Origin: an uncultured Planctomycetota bacterium
GTDB lineage: Bacteria; Planctomycetota; Planctomycetia; Isosphaerales; Isosphaeraceae
NCBI GenBank assembly: GCA_963845755.1
Contig: CAWJTV010000025.1
Span: 128,001-192,000 of the forward strand
Reading direction: 5' to 3'
DNA length: 64,000 nucleotides
The position numbers and the translations under genes were made by a program. Under the pieces are notes generated by a model. It was not told where the DNA came from and did no database searches. It worked only from the letters and a program-made list of their open reading frames with translations. Numbering within the stretch: the stretch's first letter is position 1; every line of letters begins with the position of its first letter. Below, in pieces: positions 26,584 through 37,696 of this stretch.

Positions 26584-27969
26584 TCACGCCAGGATCGCCT
26601 TGTGGACTACCCCCTTGACGTCGGTCAGCCTCATGTCGCGCCCGGCGTATCGGTAGGTCAGGCGCTCGTGATCGAGACCGAGCAGGTGGAGGATCGTGGC
26701 GTGCAGGTCGTGGACGTGCATCGGGTTCTCGACGGCCTCGTATCCGAGTTCGTCGGTCTGCCCGTGGGCGATCCCGGGCTTCACGCCGCCACCGGCCAGC
26801 CAGAGGCTGAAACCCTTGTTGTTGTGGTCGCGGCCGTCGGCGTTCTGCCCGTGGGGCGTGCGGCCGAACTCGCCGCCCCAGATCACGAGCGTCTTGTCGA
26901 GAAGGCCCCGGCCACGAAGGTCGGTCAGGAGGCCAGCGATCGGACGATCGACGGCCCGCGCGTTGCGAGAGTGGCCGGCTTTGAGGCCACGGTGCTGGTC
27001 CCAGTCGCCATGCGTCAGCTCGACGAAGCGCACGCCAGCCTCGACGAAGCGCCGCGCGAGCAGGCACTGGCGGCCGAAATCCGCGGTCACTGGGTCGTCC
27101 AGGCCGTAAAGGCCCTTCGTCGCCGCCGACTCCGCCGCGAGGTCCATGACGCCCGGGAGCTTGCCCTGCATGCGGAAGGCCAGCTCGTAGGACTCGATGA
27201 CGCCCTCGACGCCGGGATGGACGCGCTCGCGTTCGATCAGGTCGCGGTTCATCGCCTGGATGAGGTCCAGTTGGAGCCGCTGGGCCTCGGCGTCGAGCCG
27301 GGGGTTCTTGATATTGCCGATCCGGGCCTGGGCGACGGGCTGCCCCTCGTTGCCGATGCGGGTCGCCTGGCAGGCCGCCGGCAGGAAGGCGCTGCCGTAG
27401 TTCTGGGCGCCGCCGTTGCGCCCGGTCGGCTTGATCGCGATGAAGCCGGGGAGGTCCTCGCTCTCAGTCCCGAGACCGTAGAGGGTCCACGCCCCGAGCG
27501 AGGGCCGGATGAACTGCGAGCTGCCCGTGTGCAGCATCAAATAGGCTTCCGGGTGGGCTGGGAGGTCGGTCTGCATGCTGCGGATCACGCACAGCTCGTC
27601 GGCGTGCCCGGCGACCTCGGGGAACAGCTCGGAGACCCACAGCCCGCTCTCGCCGCGCCTCCGGAATTTCCAGAGCGACCCCATCAGCTTCGCGCCGGGG
27701 ATGCGGCCCGGCCGGGCCGATGCCTTGCCGTCGGCCGAGGCGAGTTCGGGCTTGTAGTCGAACGTATCGACGTGCGAAGGTGCCCCGTTCATGCAGAGGA
27801 AGATCACGTGACTGGCTCGAGCCGGGAAGTGCGGGGCCTTCGGCGCGAGCGGCGAGTCCTTCGAGCCCGCCCCGGCCGCCATCGACGACAGGCCGGCGAA
27901 CGCCAGATAGCCGAACCCGGAGGAGACTCCCTTCAACAGGTCGCGACGAGAGAGACCGCGGGCAATCAT
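26584..27969 (-). CDS. DUF1501 domain protein with Tat signal
   Basis: SRRDLL, VIFLCMNGAPSHVDTFDYKP, CLLARR.VE.GVRFV, GEFGRTP and GRDH. Confidence 0.9.
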   Translation of the reverse strand: MIARGLSRRDLLKGVSSGFGYLAFAGLSSMAAGAGSKDSPLAPKAPHFPARASHVIFLCMNGAPSHVDTFDYKPELASADGKASARPGRIPGAKLMGSLWKFRRRGESGLWVSELFPEVAGHADELCVIRSMQTDLPAHPEAYLMLHTGSSQFIRPSLGAWTLYGLGTESEDLPGFIAIKPTGRNGGAQNYGSAFLPAACQATRIGNEGQPVAQARIGNIKNPRLDAEAQRLQLDLIQAMNRDLIERERVHPGVEGVIESYELAFRMQGKLPGVMDLAAESAATKGLYGLDDPVTADFGRQCLLARRFVEAGVRFVELTHGDWDQHRGLKAGHSRNARAVDRPIAGLLTDLRGRGLLDKTLVIWGGEFGRTPHGQNADGRDHNNKGFSLWLAGGGVKPGIAHGQTDELGYEAVENPMHVHDLHATILHLLGLDHERLTYRYAGRDMRLTDVKGVVHKAILA

Positions 27970-28007
27970 GGGATCGATCCTCCAGGTTGTGGTACGCTCG
28001 CGGTCAC

Positions 28008-30708
28008 TCAATCGCGATAGCGGAACTCGGCGCCGGCGAGGAGAGCCTGGCAGAACGCACACCAGGCCCCGCGTGCCGGATCAGTCCCGCCTGCGCGTGC
28101 CGCGAATTCGCCGAGGAAGGCGAGGGCGCGGTCCCGCTCCACGGGCGCCGGCCCCCGCGCGAGGGCGATCCGATACGCCCGATCGACGCGATGGGCCTCG
28201 CCGCCCTCAATGGCGCGGACGCGATCGGCAAGAGCCTCGGCCTGCCGGATCACGAGCAGTCCATTCAGGAAATAGAGCGCCTGAGCCGGGCCGGTCGTCG
28301 TCGCCCGCTCGCCCGTCACGAGGCTCGGGTCGGCGAAGTCGAACAGGGTGAGCGACTCGAGCACCCGATCGCGGACCACGGGCAGATAGACCGACCGATG
28401 CGCATCCGATGCGTCCAGGCCCTCGACGCGGACGAAAAACGCCAGCCCCTCGCCCACACGCGCCACCGCCGACCCGACCGGCGGCCCGGTCGCGAGCCGG
28501 CCCCCGACGAACAGGAGGGCATCGCGCACAGCCTCGGCCTCCAGGCGGAGCTTGCTCATCCGCCAGACGAGGGCGTTGTCGGGGTCGACCTCGAAGTTCC
28601 GGGGATCGTGGACCGAGTCGAGCCCATAGGCCCGGCTGAGCACGATCCGCCGGATGAGCCCCTTGATCGACCAGCCGTCATTCATGAATTCGACGGCCAG
28701 GGTGTCGAGGAGCTCCGGATGACTCGGCCGCGCGCCGGCGGCGCCGAAGTTGTCCGGCGTGGGCACGAGCCCTCGACCGAAGAGGTGCAGCCAGACCCGG
28801 TTCACGATCACGCGGGCGGTCATCGGGTTCGAGGGCGAGGCGAGCCACTCGGCTAGCTCGCGGCGGCCGCTGCCCGATGGGATCGATGCGGACGAATCGT
28901 CGCAGAGCACGCGGACGAGCCCGCGGGGGACCACCTCACCCGGCTGGTCGAGTTCTCCACGGACGTAGAGCGGGCTGTCGATGGACTCGTCGCGCTCTCG
29001 GACGCCCATCGCGAACGCGCGGGGCGAACCGCCGGGGCGGTCGATGAGCAGGCGATGGCGGAGCGTCGCGAGCATCGAGTTGGCCCGTCGGAGCCGGTCG
29101 CGGTTCGCCTCGCCCGGGGGAATCGCGTCGCGCTCGCGGACCAGGGCGGCGAGGCGCTCCGCCATCGTGGCCCTCTGCTCGGGCGTGAGCGCGGGGACGG
29201 CTGCGGGGACGTTCGCGCCCGGCGGCAGCTCGATCAGGGGCGAGGCATTGAAATTCGGAAAGACGCCCGCGAGCGTGCCCGAGCACGTCTGCGTGCTTCG
29301 GAAGATTCCGGACAGCGCGTAATAATCGCGCTGGGGAATCGGGTCGATCTTGTGGTCGTGGCAGCGGGCGCACGCGACCGTCAGGCCGAGGAAGGCGCGC
29401 GTGGTCGCCTCGATCTGTTCGTCGACGACATCCAGGACGAACTGCCCGCGGTTCTCGGCGTCGTGGGCCTTGCTGCCGAGGGCGAGGAAGCCAGTCGCGA
29501 TGATCTGTTCGGCCCGCTCGACGTCGTCCTCGGCGGGCATGAGGTCGCCGGCGATCTGCTCGCGGACGAACCGGTCGTACGGCTTGTCGGCGTTGAATGA
29601 GGCGATCGCCCAGTCCCGATAGCGCCAGGCCTGGGGATAGCTGAAATTCGTCTTGCCGCTCGACTCGGCGTAGCGGGCCACATCGAGCCAGTGCCGGCCC
29701 CACCGTTCGCCGTAGCGGGGCGAGGCGAGGAGCCGATCGACGACCTTCGCGAAGGCGTCGGGCGAGTCGTCCGCGAGGAACGCATCGAACTCCTCGGGCG
29801 TGGGCGGGAGGCCGGAGAGGTCGAACGTCACCCGGCGGAGGAGCCTCGGGCGGCCGGCGTCGCCGCCCGGGGCAAGTCCTCGGGCTTCGAGCGCCGCGAG
29901 GAGGAAGCGGTCGATGTCGCCGCGCGGCCATTCGGTGCGCTTCACCGAGGGCGGGCTGGACTTCTTCGGTGGCCGGAACGACCAGAACTCCCGACCCTTC
30001 GCGAGATCCGGCGACGGGCGCCCCGCGGTCGTCGAGGCCGGCCCGGTCCGCGGGTCGGGGGCACCCATCCTGATCCAGGCCTCGAAGTCCGCGACGACCG
30101 CGTCCGGGAGCTTCCCCTTGGGGGGCATCTGGAGGTCTTCGTCGCGGTAGCGGATCGCGCGGAGGAGCAGGCTCTCGTCGGGCTGGCCGGGAACGATCAC
30201 CGGGCCGGAGTCCCCGCCGAGTCGGAGTCCCTCGCGGTTGTCGAGACGGAGCCCGCCCCGCAGCTTCTCGGCGGTGCTCGCGTGGCACTTGCCGCAGTGA
30301 GTGACGAGGACGGGCCGGATCTTCGCCTCGAAGAATTGCTCCTGCTCGGGCGTGATGCCGACCCCGCGGCGACTTCTCCCTGGGTGCGGACGCCTTCGCG
30401 GGTGTGCCTCCAGGTCTCTGGGGGAACGACTTGCGGTATTCCGCCAGCGAGAGGAACCCGTCGCGATCCGCGTCGAGCCGGCGGAACATCGGCTCGATCG
30501 TCGCCGCCGCGGACTTCATCCGAGGCGAGCTGCGCAGGAAGTCCCGGTACTCGTCGAGCGAGAGCCGGCCGTCGAGGTCGGCATCGCCCAGCATGAAGAT
30601 CCGCTCGGGGTCGAAGGCCGGGAACCGCTGGGTCTGTGTCTGGGCCCGCGTCGGGATTGCCAGGAGCAGGACGACCACCGGCAACACTCGCGCCAAGAAT
30701 CCCGTCAT
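28008..30708 (-). CDS. EF-hand + planctomycete cytochrome c + DUF1549/DUF1553 protein (frameshifts ~30365, ~30205)
   Basis: DADLDGRLSLDEY and DADRDGFLSLAEY; FFEAKIRPVL..CGKCH; YGERWGRHWLDVARY; CARCHDHK; NRVWLHLFGRG; PSHPELLD. Confidence 0.85.
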
Positions 30709-30748
30709 TGCAGGGTTCCTTTCCCAGAGGCTGTCTCGGAAGGTCTTT

Positions 30749-30814
30749 GTAGGGTGCTCTGTGAGCACCGATCCGGCGGATTCTGCCGAATTCGGTGCTC
30801 ACAGAGCACCCTAC
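30749..30814. repeat. GTAG-type REP doublet (perfect 23-bp inverted repeat)
   Basis: GTAGGGTGCTCTGTGAGCACCGA ... TCGGTGCTCACAGAGCACCCTAC. Confidence 0.85.
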
Positions 30815-30865
30815 GAGACAGCCGTTGAGGTTTCCGGAACAGTCTCTCCATCGACCGGGGATGAT

Positions 30866-33800
30866 TCAGGGACTCAGGGAGCGGAGGTAAGCGACCAGGT
30901 CGGCCAGCCCCTCGGGCGTCAGGTTCGCCACGATCCCCTCCGGCATGGCCGACGTCTCTTGCCTCCGACGCTCCGCGATGTCCGACCGCTTCAGCTCGCG
31001 CAGGGCGCCCGACGACTCGCGGACCTGCACGGTCGAGGCCCCTTCGCTCACGACGAAGCCCGTGAAGACCCGTCCGTCGGACATCGCGAAGCCGTAGGCC
31101 TCGTACCCCTGGGCGATCTTCGCGCTGGGCTTCAGGATCGACTCCACGAGGTCGGCGGGGCTGTATCGCTTGCCGATGTCCACGAGGTGCGGCCCCTTGG
31201 GCGTCTGGCCGTCGGCGTCGGTATGGCAGGCGCGGCACGATTGCGCGTCGAAGTGAGGTCTGCCTCGTCGTGCGTCTCCGTTCGCCTGGAGAATCCGCCT
31301 CGCCGCGGCTTCGTAGCTCATGTTGCCGATCTGGTCTGGGTTGTTCGGGTCGGCCTTCGCGAGGAGGACGCGGACCTCCGCCTCGGCCTTGGGACGGTCG
31401 GTCGTCGCGTCGGCCGGCAGGCCCTTCAGGCGGACACGCCGCCGGGCGAATTCGCCGCGAAGGAACCGCGCGGTCTCGGCGTCGCCGTCGATGACGGCCG
31501 TCTTGAGCACCGCGGCGATCCGCCCGCTACTCTCCCACTCCCGCGGGTCGAAGTACGGGCCGGTCGTGTCGGGCCGGATCCCCCACCAGCTCCCATCGTA
31601 ATCGGCCTCGCGGTGATAGAGACGCACCAGCGTGGTCAGGATGTCGCGGCGGGCCTCGGGGGAACGGGCCGTGGACAGCTTCTTGATGAGCCCCTCGACG
31701 GCCTTCGGATCGTGCATCGACCGCAGGCGCGGAGGGCCCCCTCGCGATGCGGTCCGTCGATCGCGTCGAGGCAGGCATCGACCGCGTGGAGCGAGACCAG
31801 CGCCCGCATGGCCAGGTGAGGGATGGCCCGGTCCGGGTCGGGCTGGGCTTGCACGGGCCTCGTCGTCGGCATCGTCGAGCCCTCGGGGCGCGAGGTCAGG
31901 GGGATGAGGCCGGGGGCCGCCCCGACGTCTCCCAATCGCCCGAGCGCGATCACGGCCTGAGCCCGGACGCGGGGCGAGGGATCGGCCAGCGCCGCGCGGA
32001 ACGGCGCGGCCTCGACGCCGCCCAGCTCCGTCTTACGGTCGGCCAGCGCCCGGAGCGCGAACGCGCGGACGGCCTCGTCGCCCGTGAGCTTGCGCAGGGC
32101 GCCGTGCGACTTGACGCCGTCGACCTGCTTCAGTGCGAAGAGGGCCGCGACGCGCCCGTGCAGGGGCTTCGACGCGTCGGACGCGAGATCGGTGAGGGCT
32201 CGGGTCGTCTCCGGCGACGGACCGCGGCGCAGAATCTCGCGCTGGCAGTGGAAGCGCGAGGCCGCATTCGGGCCGCATAAGCCGTCGATCAGCTCGGCCG
32301 GCGCGAGTCCCTTCGGATTGAAGGGTGAGGTCGGGCTCCAGCCCGGTGGCGCGACGCACGCGAGGAAGCCGACTTGCGGGCCGACGTAGACACTCGCCTC
32401 GCCCCCGCGCCAGCTCGCCACGTAGAGCCGCCCGTCCACGCCGATGTCCATGCCCGTCGGCCGGGGGATGGTGAGGAAGACGCTCTGATTGGCGCGGAAC
32501 GAGGCGCCGGCGGGCTTCAGGTCGTGCCGGTAGACCTCGCTCCGGCCCCAGTCGCCCGTGAGGAGGGCACTGCGATAGGCTTCGGGCCAGCGCTCATCGT
32601 GCAGCGACAGCGCGCCCGTCCCGCCCCCCTGGCCGTAGGCCCCGAGGGTCGGCATGATCTCGTCGGGGAAGTTCGCGAACCTCTGAGAATAACCGTAGTC
32701 GGCGGTCTGGATCAGGTGGCTCACGCGCACGTCCCAACCGGCACCGTCGTTGGTGTTGTCGCGCGTGAAGAGGTTCAGATACGGGTCGATCGCGATGGCG
32801 AACGGGTTGCGCAGGCCGATGGCGAAGACTTCCAGCTCGGTGCCGTCGGGCCGCACGCGGAGGATGCCGCCGCCTCGTTGGGAGAGCGTGGTGCCGTCCT
32901 TCCCCTTCGCGCCGTGGAACCCGTAGTCGCCCACGGCGATGTAGATCCAGCCGTCGAGACCCATGCGGATGCCGTTGGTCGTGTGGTCGCCGCCCCGCTC
33001 GTCGATCAGGCTCGTCGTCAGCCCGGAGACGAGCACGTCTTGCCGATCGGACGTACCGTCGCCGTCCTCGTCGCGGAAGACGCTCAGCATCGGCGGGTGC
33101 AGGACCCAGACCTTCCCGTCCTGCGCGATCACGCCGCGCGGGTGCTCCATCTTGGCGAACACGTTCACGCGGTCGGCCTTGCCGTCGCCGTCCCCGTCGA
33201 TGCAGCGGACGACCCGGCCTCCTCCGGGCGTCCTGCCCAGCGATCCCTGTTCGTCCACGGCCACGTACACCGCGCCATCCGGCGCGACGGACAGGGCCAC
33301 CGGATAGCTCACCCTCGGCGGCGCCGCGAACAGACTCACTGTGAATCCCGGAGGCGCCTTGACAACCTCGCCAATCGTCTTGTCATCGACCGGCTTCGGC
33401 GGAGCACCGCCGCCCGGCGGCCCGAAGTTGAATTGAGGACGATAGCCGTCCTTCTTGCCGGCGAGCTGATCGGCGATCGAGCGGGACCGCTTGTCGGCGA
33501 AGGTCCGCAGGTCGGGGGCCGTCGGAGCCCCCGGCGGGCCAAAGCCGACGGGCGGCTCCGCACGCTCGGCCCGCGCCGCGGCCTCTCGTTCGAGGATGGC
33601 TTTCGTGGCGCCCTCGACCGCCGCGACATCGGCCAGGAGGCGATCCTTGCGGAAGACGGTCGTCGCGAAATCCTTGACGATCTTCCGATGGGCCTCGCGC
33701 ACGTCCGGCATGGCGAGTAGCCGGTCGGCCAACCGGTTCTGGCCCCCGTACGGACGAGCGAGACTCATGTCCATGAGCTGATCGGACGAGCCCATCATCA

Positions 33801-34827
33801 GGAAATTCGCGAAGGACAGCTCCTGATCGCCCGGGATGAAGACGAACCGATTCGATTTCGGATCCAGGAACAGGGAGTAGTTGTACGCGAGCGTGAAGAA
33901 GCCGTCGGCATTGGCGATCAGCGCCTGGACGGCCATGAAACGCAGGAACTTGTCGACGTCGAGGTACGAGGCGATCTCCTTGCGGAACTGTTCGTCGTCG
34001 CCGCGCTGGACGAGGCGGACGAACTCGATGAGGCGCTTCGCCTCGTCGGAAGTCGGCTCGGCCAGGGGCCGGTAGGGGCCGCGGTATCTCGTCCAGTCGT
34101 CGCCGAGGAAGTCGAGGCCGCGGAGCCCCTGCGGCCTCACGAGCAGGCCCTTGTCGGTGTGGAAACGATCCTTCAGGAACGCCCGGTCCACGGGCTCGAC
34201 GAGCGTGTAGAGTCCGAGGTACGCCTTCGGATGCTCGCCGGGGACAGTGAGCGTCACCTCGGCCAGCACCGTGCGCGGCGCGGGGACTCCGGCCTCGCGG
34301 AAGAGGGCGAAGGCGAGGGCCTCGCGCGCCTTGGTGGGGTCGAGCGCCCCGCTCTGGAGCTGCATGGCGTGCAGGCCGTGGAACTCCGCGTGATCGGCGC
34401 GATCCAGATCGACGACGAAGGAACGCTTCAGGCCCCCGGCGGAGGCCATGTAGGAGGCGTTCCCCGCGTAGCGGAGGCCGACGCCCCGGAACGTCTTGCC
34501 CTCCACCGTGACGGTCCCGCGCGCCCAGGCGAACTCGACGCCGAAGAGATTTCGTTCGCTCGCGCGCTCACCGGGCTTCTTCGGCCGAGGGGCTGGCGGG
34601 GGTGCACCGAAGGCGGCCGGGGCCGGGGGCTGCATGGCCTGGTACTCGTCCGCCGGGATCTCGATATGGAAAGGCACGACCCTCGTCAGACCGAAGAGGC
34701 CTGGGTCGGCGGGCTGTCCCTGGGCGTCCCCGTCAGCCGGGGCTCCCGACACCGGCAGCACCGTGCCGGCAAGGAGGATCGTGGAGCAAATCCAGGCCGT
34801 CGCTACGGCGAGGGCTCGTCGACGCAT
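30866..34827 (-). CDS. CotH-kinase domain fused to a PVC-type dehydrogenase propeller, HEAT repeats and c-type heme domain (frameshift ~31725)
   Basis: CotH-like GVGLRYAGNASY, YLGLYTLVE and YLDVDKFLRF; then PPGFTVSLFA, DGDGKAD, GLRNP, DNTNDG; HEAT segments; CRACH...GPHL...SILKPSAKI...SAMPEG. Confidence 0.8.
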
Positions 34828-35115
34828 GGTGTAACCTCACGAGGCGATGACCGCTGGGCGTACGAGGGGCCGTCCTGTCGCAGGCAGCGGAGCGCTCCGG
34901 TTGCCGACGACGCAACTCTCTATTAAGAACAGATGCGATCCGCAGCCGTGTGTCGCGCGCCGGTCGCGCGATTTTCTGTGTCAGGCCCGCAAGCCTTGGC
35001 TTGGCTTATGGTTCGGTCGCGTCGTCCTCGCCATCGGCGCCCTCATCAGGTGGGCGGGCGTCGTGGAGGCGACTTGCCTTCAATCTTTGTCCTGATCCTC
35101 ACAACCGCTTTTTTT

Positions 35116-35223
35116 TAGGATGGCAAAGGTGACTTGGATTTGACGTAAGTCGTTATTCCTCGGTCGGACCGCCGACCATCGCCAAAGGACTTACGGCGAT
35201 TCCCAGCGACTTTTGCCATCCTA
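35116..35223. repeat. 108-bp palindromic miniature element with TA termini
   Basis: TAGGATGGCAAA ... TTTGCCATCCTA with inner CGTAAGTC / GACTTACG. Confidence 0.7.
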
Positions 35224-35541
35224 TTTTTTATTTGCGATTGCGTCACGCGAGTCATACGCCGGCAGAGATCGATCGGCCCGGCAGCAGAGCAGGGGTGACG
35301 ATCGAATCCGACGTGATGTCATCCCAGGAACGGTGGTTCATCGACCCGGGGAAAGCCGGACGCCCAGGTGATTGTATCCATGCACAACTCACGGAGGGTT
35401 CCTGCGGATCGGCGGCGTCCGGTCCGGGCGGATCGGCCCCGATTGAACGCCATGCACGAAGCCGGCTGCGCCGAGCCTGAGGGTAACCGACGGACGCCGC
35501 CCCGTATCGCTGTAGTCATCCCCTGATGAGGAGTGCTCCCC

Positions 35542-37320
35542 ATGTGGCAACTCGTGACGCCGTCTCTCAAGCGGGGGCGCAGCCCGGTTCGTCGCCCCCG
35601 ACAGCATCGGCCGCATTGCACCCCCCTGGAGGATCGCTGCCTCCTGTCCGTCTCCCTGAGCGAGACCGCCCCGGCCGTCCCTTATGTCGGTTCGCCGGTC
35701 ACCTGGACGGCGACGTCCAGCGGCCACGGGCGGAGCCCCGTCTACCAGTTCAACGTCGGGATGCTCGGTGGTCCCCTCCAGGTCGTGAGCGACTTCAGCA
35801 GCAGCAACAGCTTCACCTGGAACCCCATGCAGGAGGGGACCTACGTCATCGTGGCAGTCGTCAAGAAAGGATTCGGCGCCACGAAGAGAGAGACCGCGGC
35901 CGCGACGTATACGGCGCAGACGCGTGTCGTGGGGGATAGCGCCGTGGTCAGCCCCATGGCCAATCCCCTGGTCGCCCTGTTCAGTGCGCCTCCCTCACCC
36001 GGCTCCTCGATGTACGTCCAGTTCGCCCAGCAGGGGCCCACGCCGTCCTGGCAGGATACCTCGCCGCTGCCCATCGTCCCGGGCGAGAGCACCAACTTCA
36101 TCGTGGCCGGCATGCTGCCCGACACGACCTACCTGATGCGGGACGTCCTGGACGACGGGACGGTCTCCACGCCGCTGTCGTTCACCACCGGAAGCCTGCC
36201 GGCGGACCTACCTCTCCCCATCTTCACCGTGGTGCAGCCACCGGCCCCCGGGACCGACCTGAGCCAGGACGTGATCTTCCACGCCGGGCTCTTCTACTAC
36301 ACCGTGGCGACCGACCTGAACGGCAACGTCCTCTGGTACTATGACCCGGTGGCCAACAACTTCCCCAGCTATGCCCAGAACCTCGAGCCGGGCGGTACGG
36401 TGATGCTGCTGGGCGGCAACACCACCGGCGTCGCCGGGGGCGAGGACACCTTGCGGCAGGTCGACCTGGCCGGCGACACCCTGCGCCAGACGGACATCCA
36501 TGCCGTCAACGCCCAATTAGCCGCGCTCCACCGGCCGAAGATCCTCGACTTCGACCACGAGGCCAAGCTCCTGCCCAACGGCGACACGGTCGTCCTGGGC
36601 GCGACGCGGAAGGTCGTCAATTACAAGGGGAAGCCCACGAAGTTCACCGGCGACATGGTCATCGTCCTGGATCCGAACTTCCAGGTGAACTGGGTCTGGA
36701 ACGCCTTCAACAGGCTCAACACCAACCGCATCGTCAAGGATCTCGGGAGCCCAAGCGACTGGTTGCACGCCAACGCCGTGTCCTGGTCGCCCGAGGACGA
36801 CGACCTGATCGTCTCCCTGCGCGCCCAGAGCTGGGTGATCAAGATCGATTACGACGACGGGGCCGGCAACGGCCACGTCGTCTGGAAGTTGGGCGCGGGT
36901 GGCAATTTCCAGGCCATCGCCAACACACCCGACCCGTGGTTCTCCGGTCAGCACGACGCGCGCTACATCAACGACAACACCCTGTTGGTCTTCGATGACG
37001 GGAACACCCGTCACGATACGGACGGTGGGGGGGACAGCCGCGGGCAGGAATGGATCCTCAACGAGCAGAACATGACGGCGACGCTGGTGGTGAATGCCGA
37101 CCTGGGCAACTACTCGTTCTTCCTCGGGAGCGCGGAGCTGCTCCCCAACGGCAACCTGGCCTTCACGTCCGGGGGTCTCGGGCCGGCCAGCGATCCGGTC
37201 GGGCAGTCGATCGAGGTTCTCCCGAATGGCACCAGAGTTTATGTGCAGCAGGCGAGCGAATACGAGTATCGCTCCTACTTCGAGAGTACCCTCTACAGCG
37301 CCGGCCTCCTCGACCCGTAG
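35542..37320 (+). CDS. Aryl-sulfate sulfotransferase (ASST) family protein with planctomycete LExRxLL leader
   Basis: PLEDRCLLS, DFDHE, DWLHANAV, QHDARY, FDDGN and GSAELLPNGN. Confidence 0.85.
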   Translation: MWQLVTPSLKRGRSPVRRPRQHRPHCTPLEDRCLLSVSLSETAPAVPYVGSPVTWTATSSGHGRSPVYQFNVGMLGGPLQVVSDFSSSNSFTWNPMQEGTYVIVAVVKKGFGATKRETAAATYTAQTRVVGDSAVVSPMANPLVALFSAPPSPGSSMYVQFAQQGPTPSWQDTSPLPIVPGESTNFIVAGMLPDTTYLMRDVLDDGTVSTPLSFTTGSLPADLPLPIFTVVQPPAPGTDLSQDVIFHAGLFYYTVATDLNGNVLWYYDPVANNFPSYAQNLEPGGTVMLLGGNTTGVAGGEDTLRQVDLAGDTLRQTDIHAVNAQLAALHRPKILDFDHEAKLLPNGDTVVLGATRKVVNYKGKPTKFTGDMVIVLDPNFQVNWVWNAFNRLNTNRIVKDLGSPSDWLHANAVSWSPEDDDLIVSLRAQSWVIKIDYDDGAGNGHVVWKLGAGGNFQAIANTPDPWFSGQHDARYINDNTLLVFDDGNTRHDTDGGGDSRGQEWILNEQNMTATLVVNADLGNYSFFLGSAELLPNGNLAFTSGGLGPASDPVGQSIEVLPNGTRVYVQQASEYEYRSYFESTLYSAGLLDP

Positions 37321-37696
37321 GTCGTCGACGACGGTGGCCCGGCACGAGCGCCCACCGACTGCCGGATGATGGGCGTCCCTGCCGGCTACGAGGACGTCAA
37401 CGCCGTTACCTCGGGCTCCCCGACGCGGCGATGGGTCGAATCCTCGGTGGTCGCCCTCGATTGATTCCAACTCGCCCCGGGAGCGCCGCTGGCGTGAGGA
37501 CGGCCGATCTGCGGGCCGTCACAGTAGCTGGCCGTGCTGGGCGAGCAGGCCCCCAACCCGCTGGCCGCCCGGTGGGCGATGATGCGGGACTTCGAAAGCG
37601 CCTCATGGCCACTCGGAGCTTTTCTGTCCGAGGCCCGCGACGGTTTCGGCGTGGGCAAGTCGATCGACAGCCGTGAGTCTGTCTGAGCACCCCCGC

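Noticed and set aside
26473..28020. 515-aa plus-strand ORF and similar long antisense ORFs across the window
   Set aside because: They mirror recognisable genes on the opposite strand, as expected in high-GC DNA.
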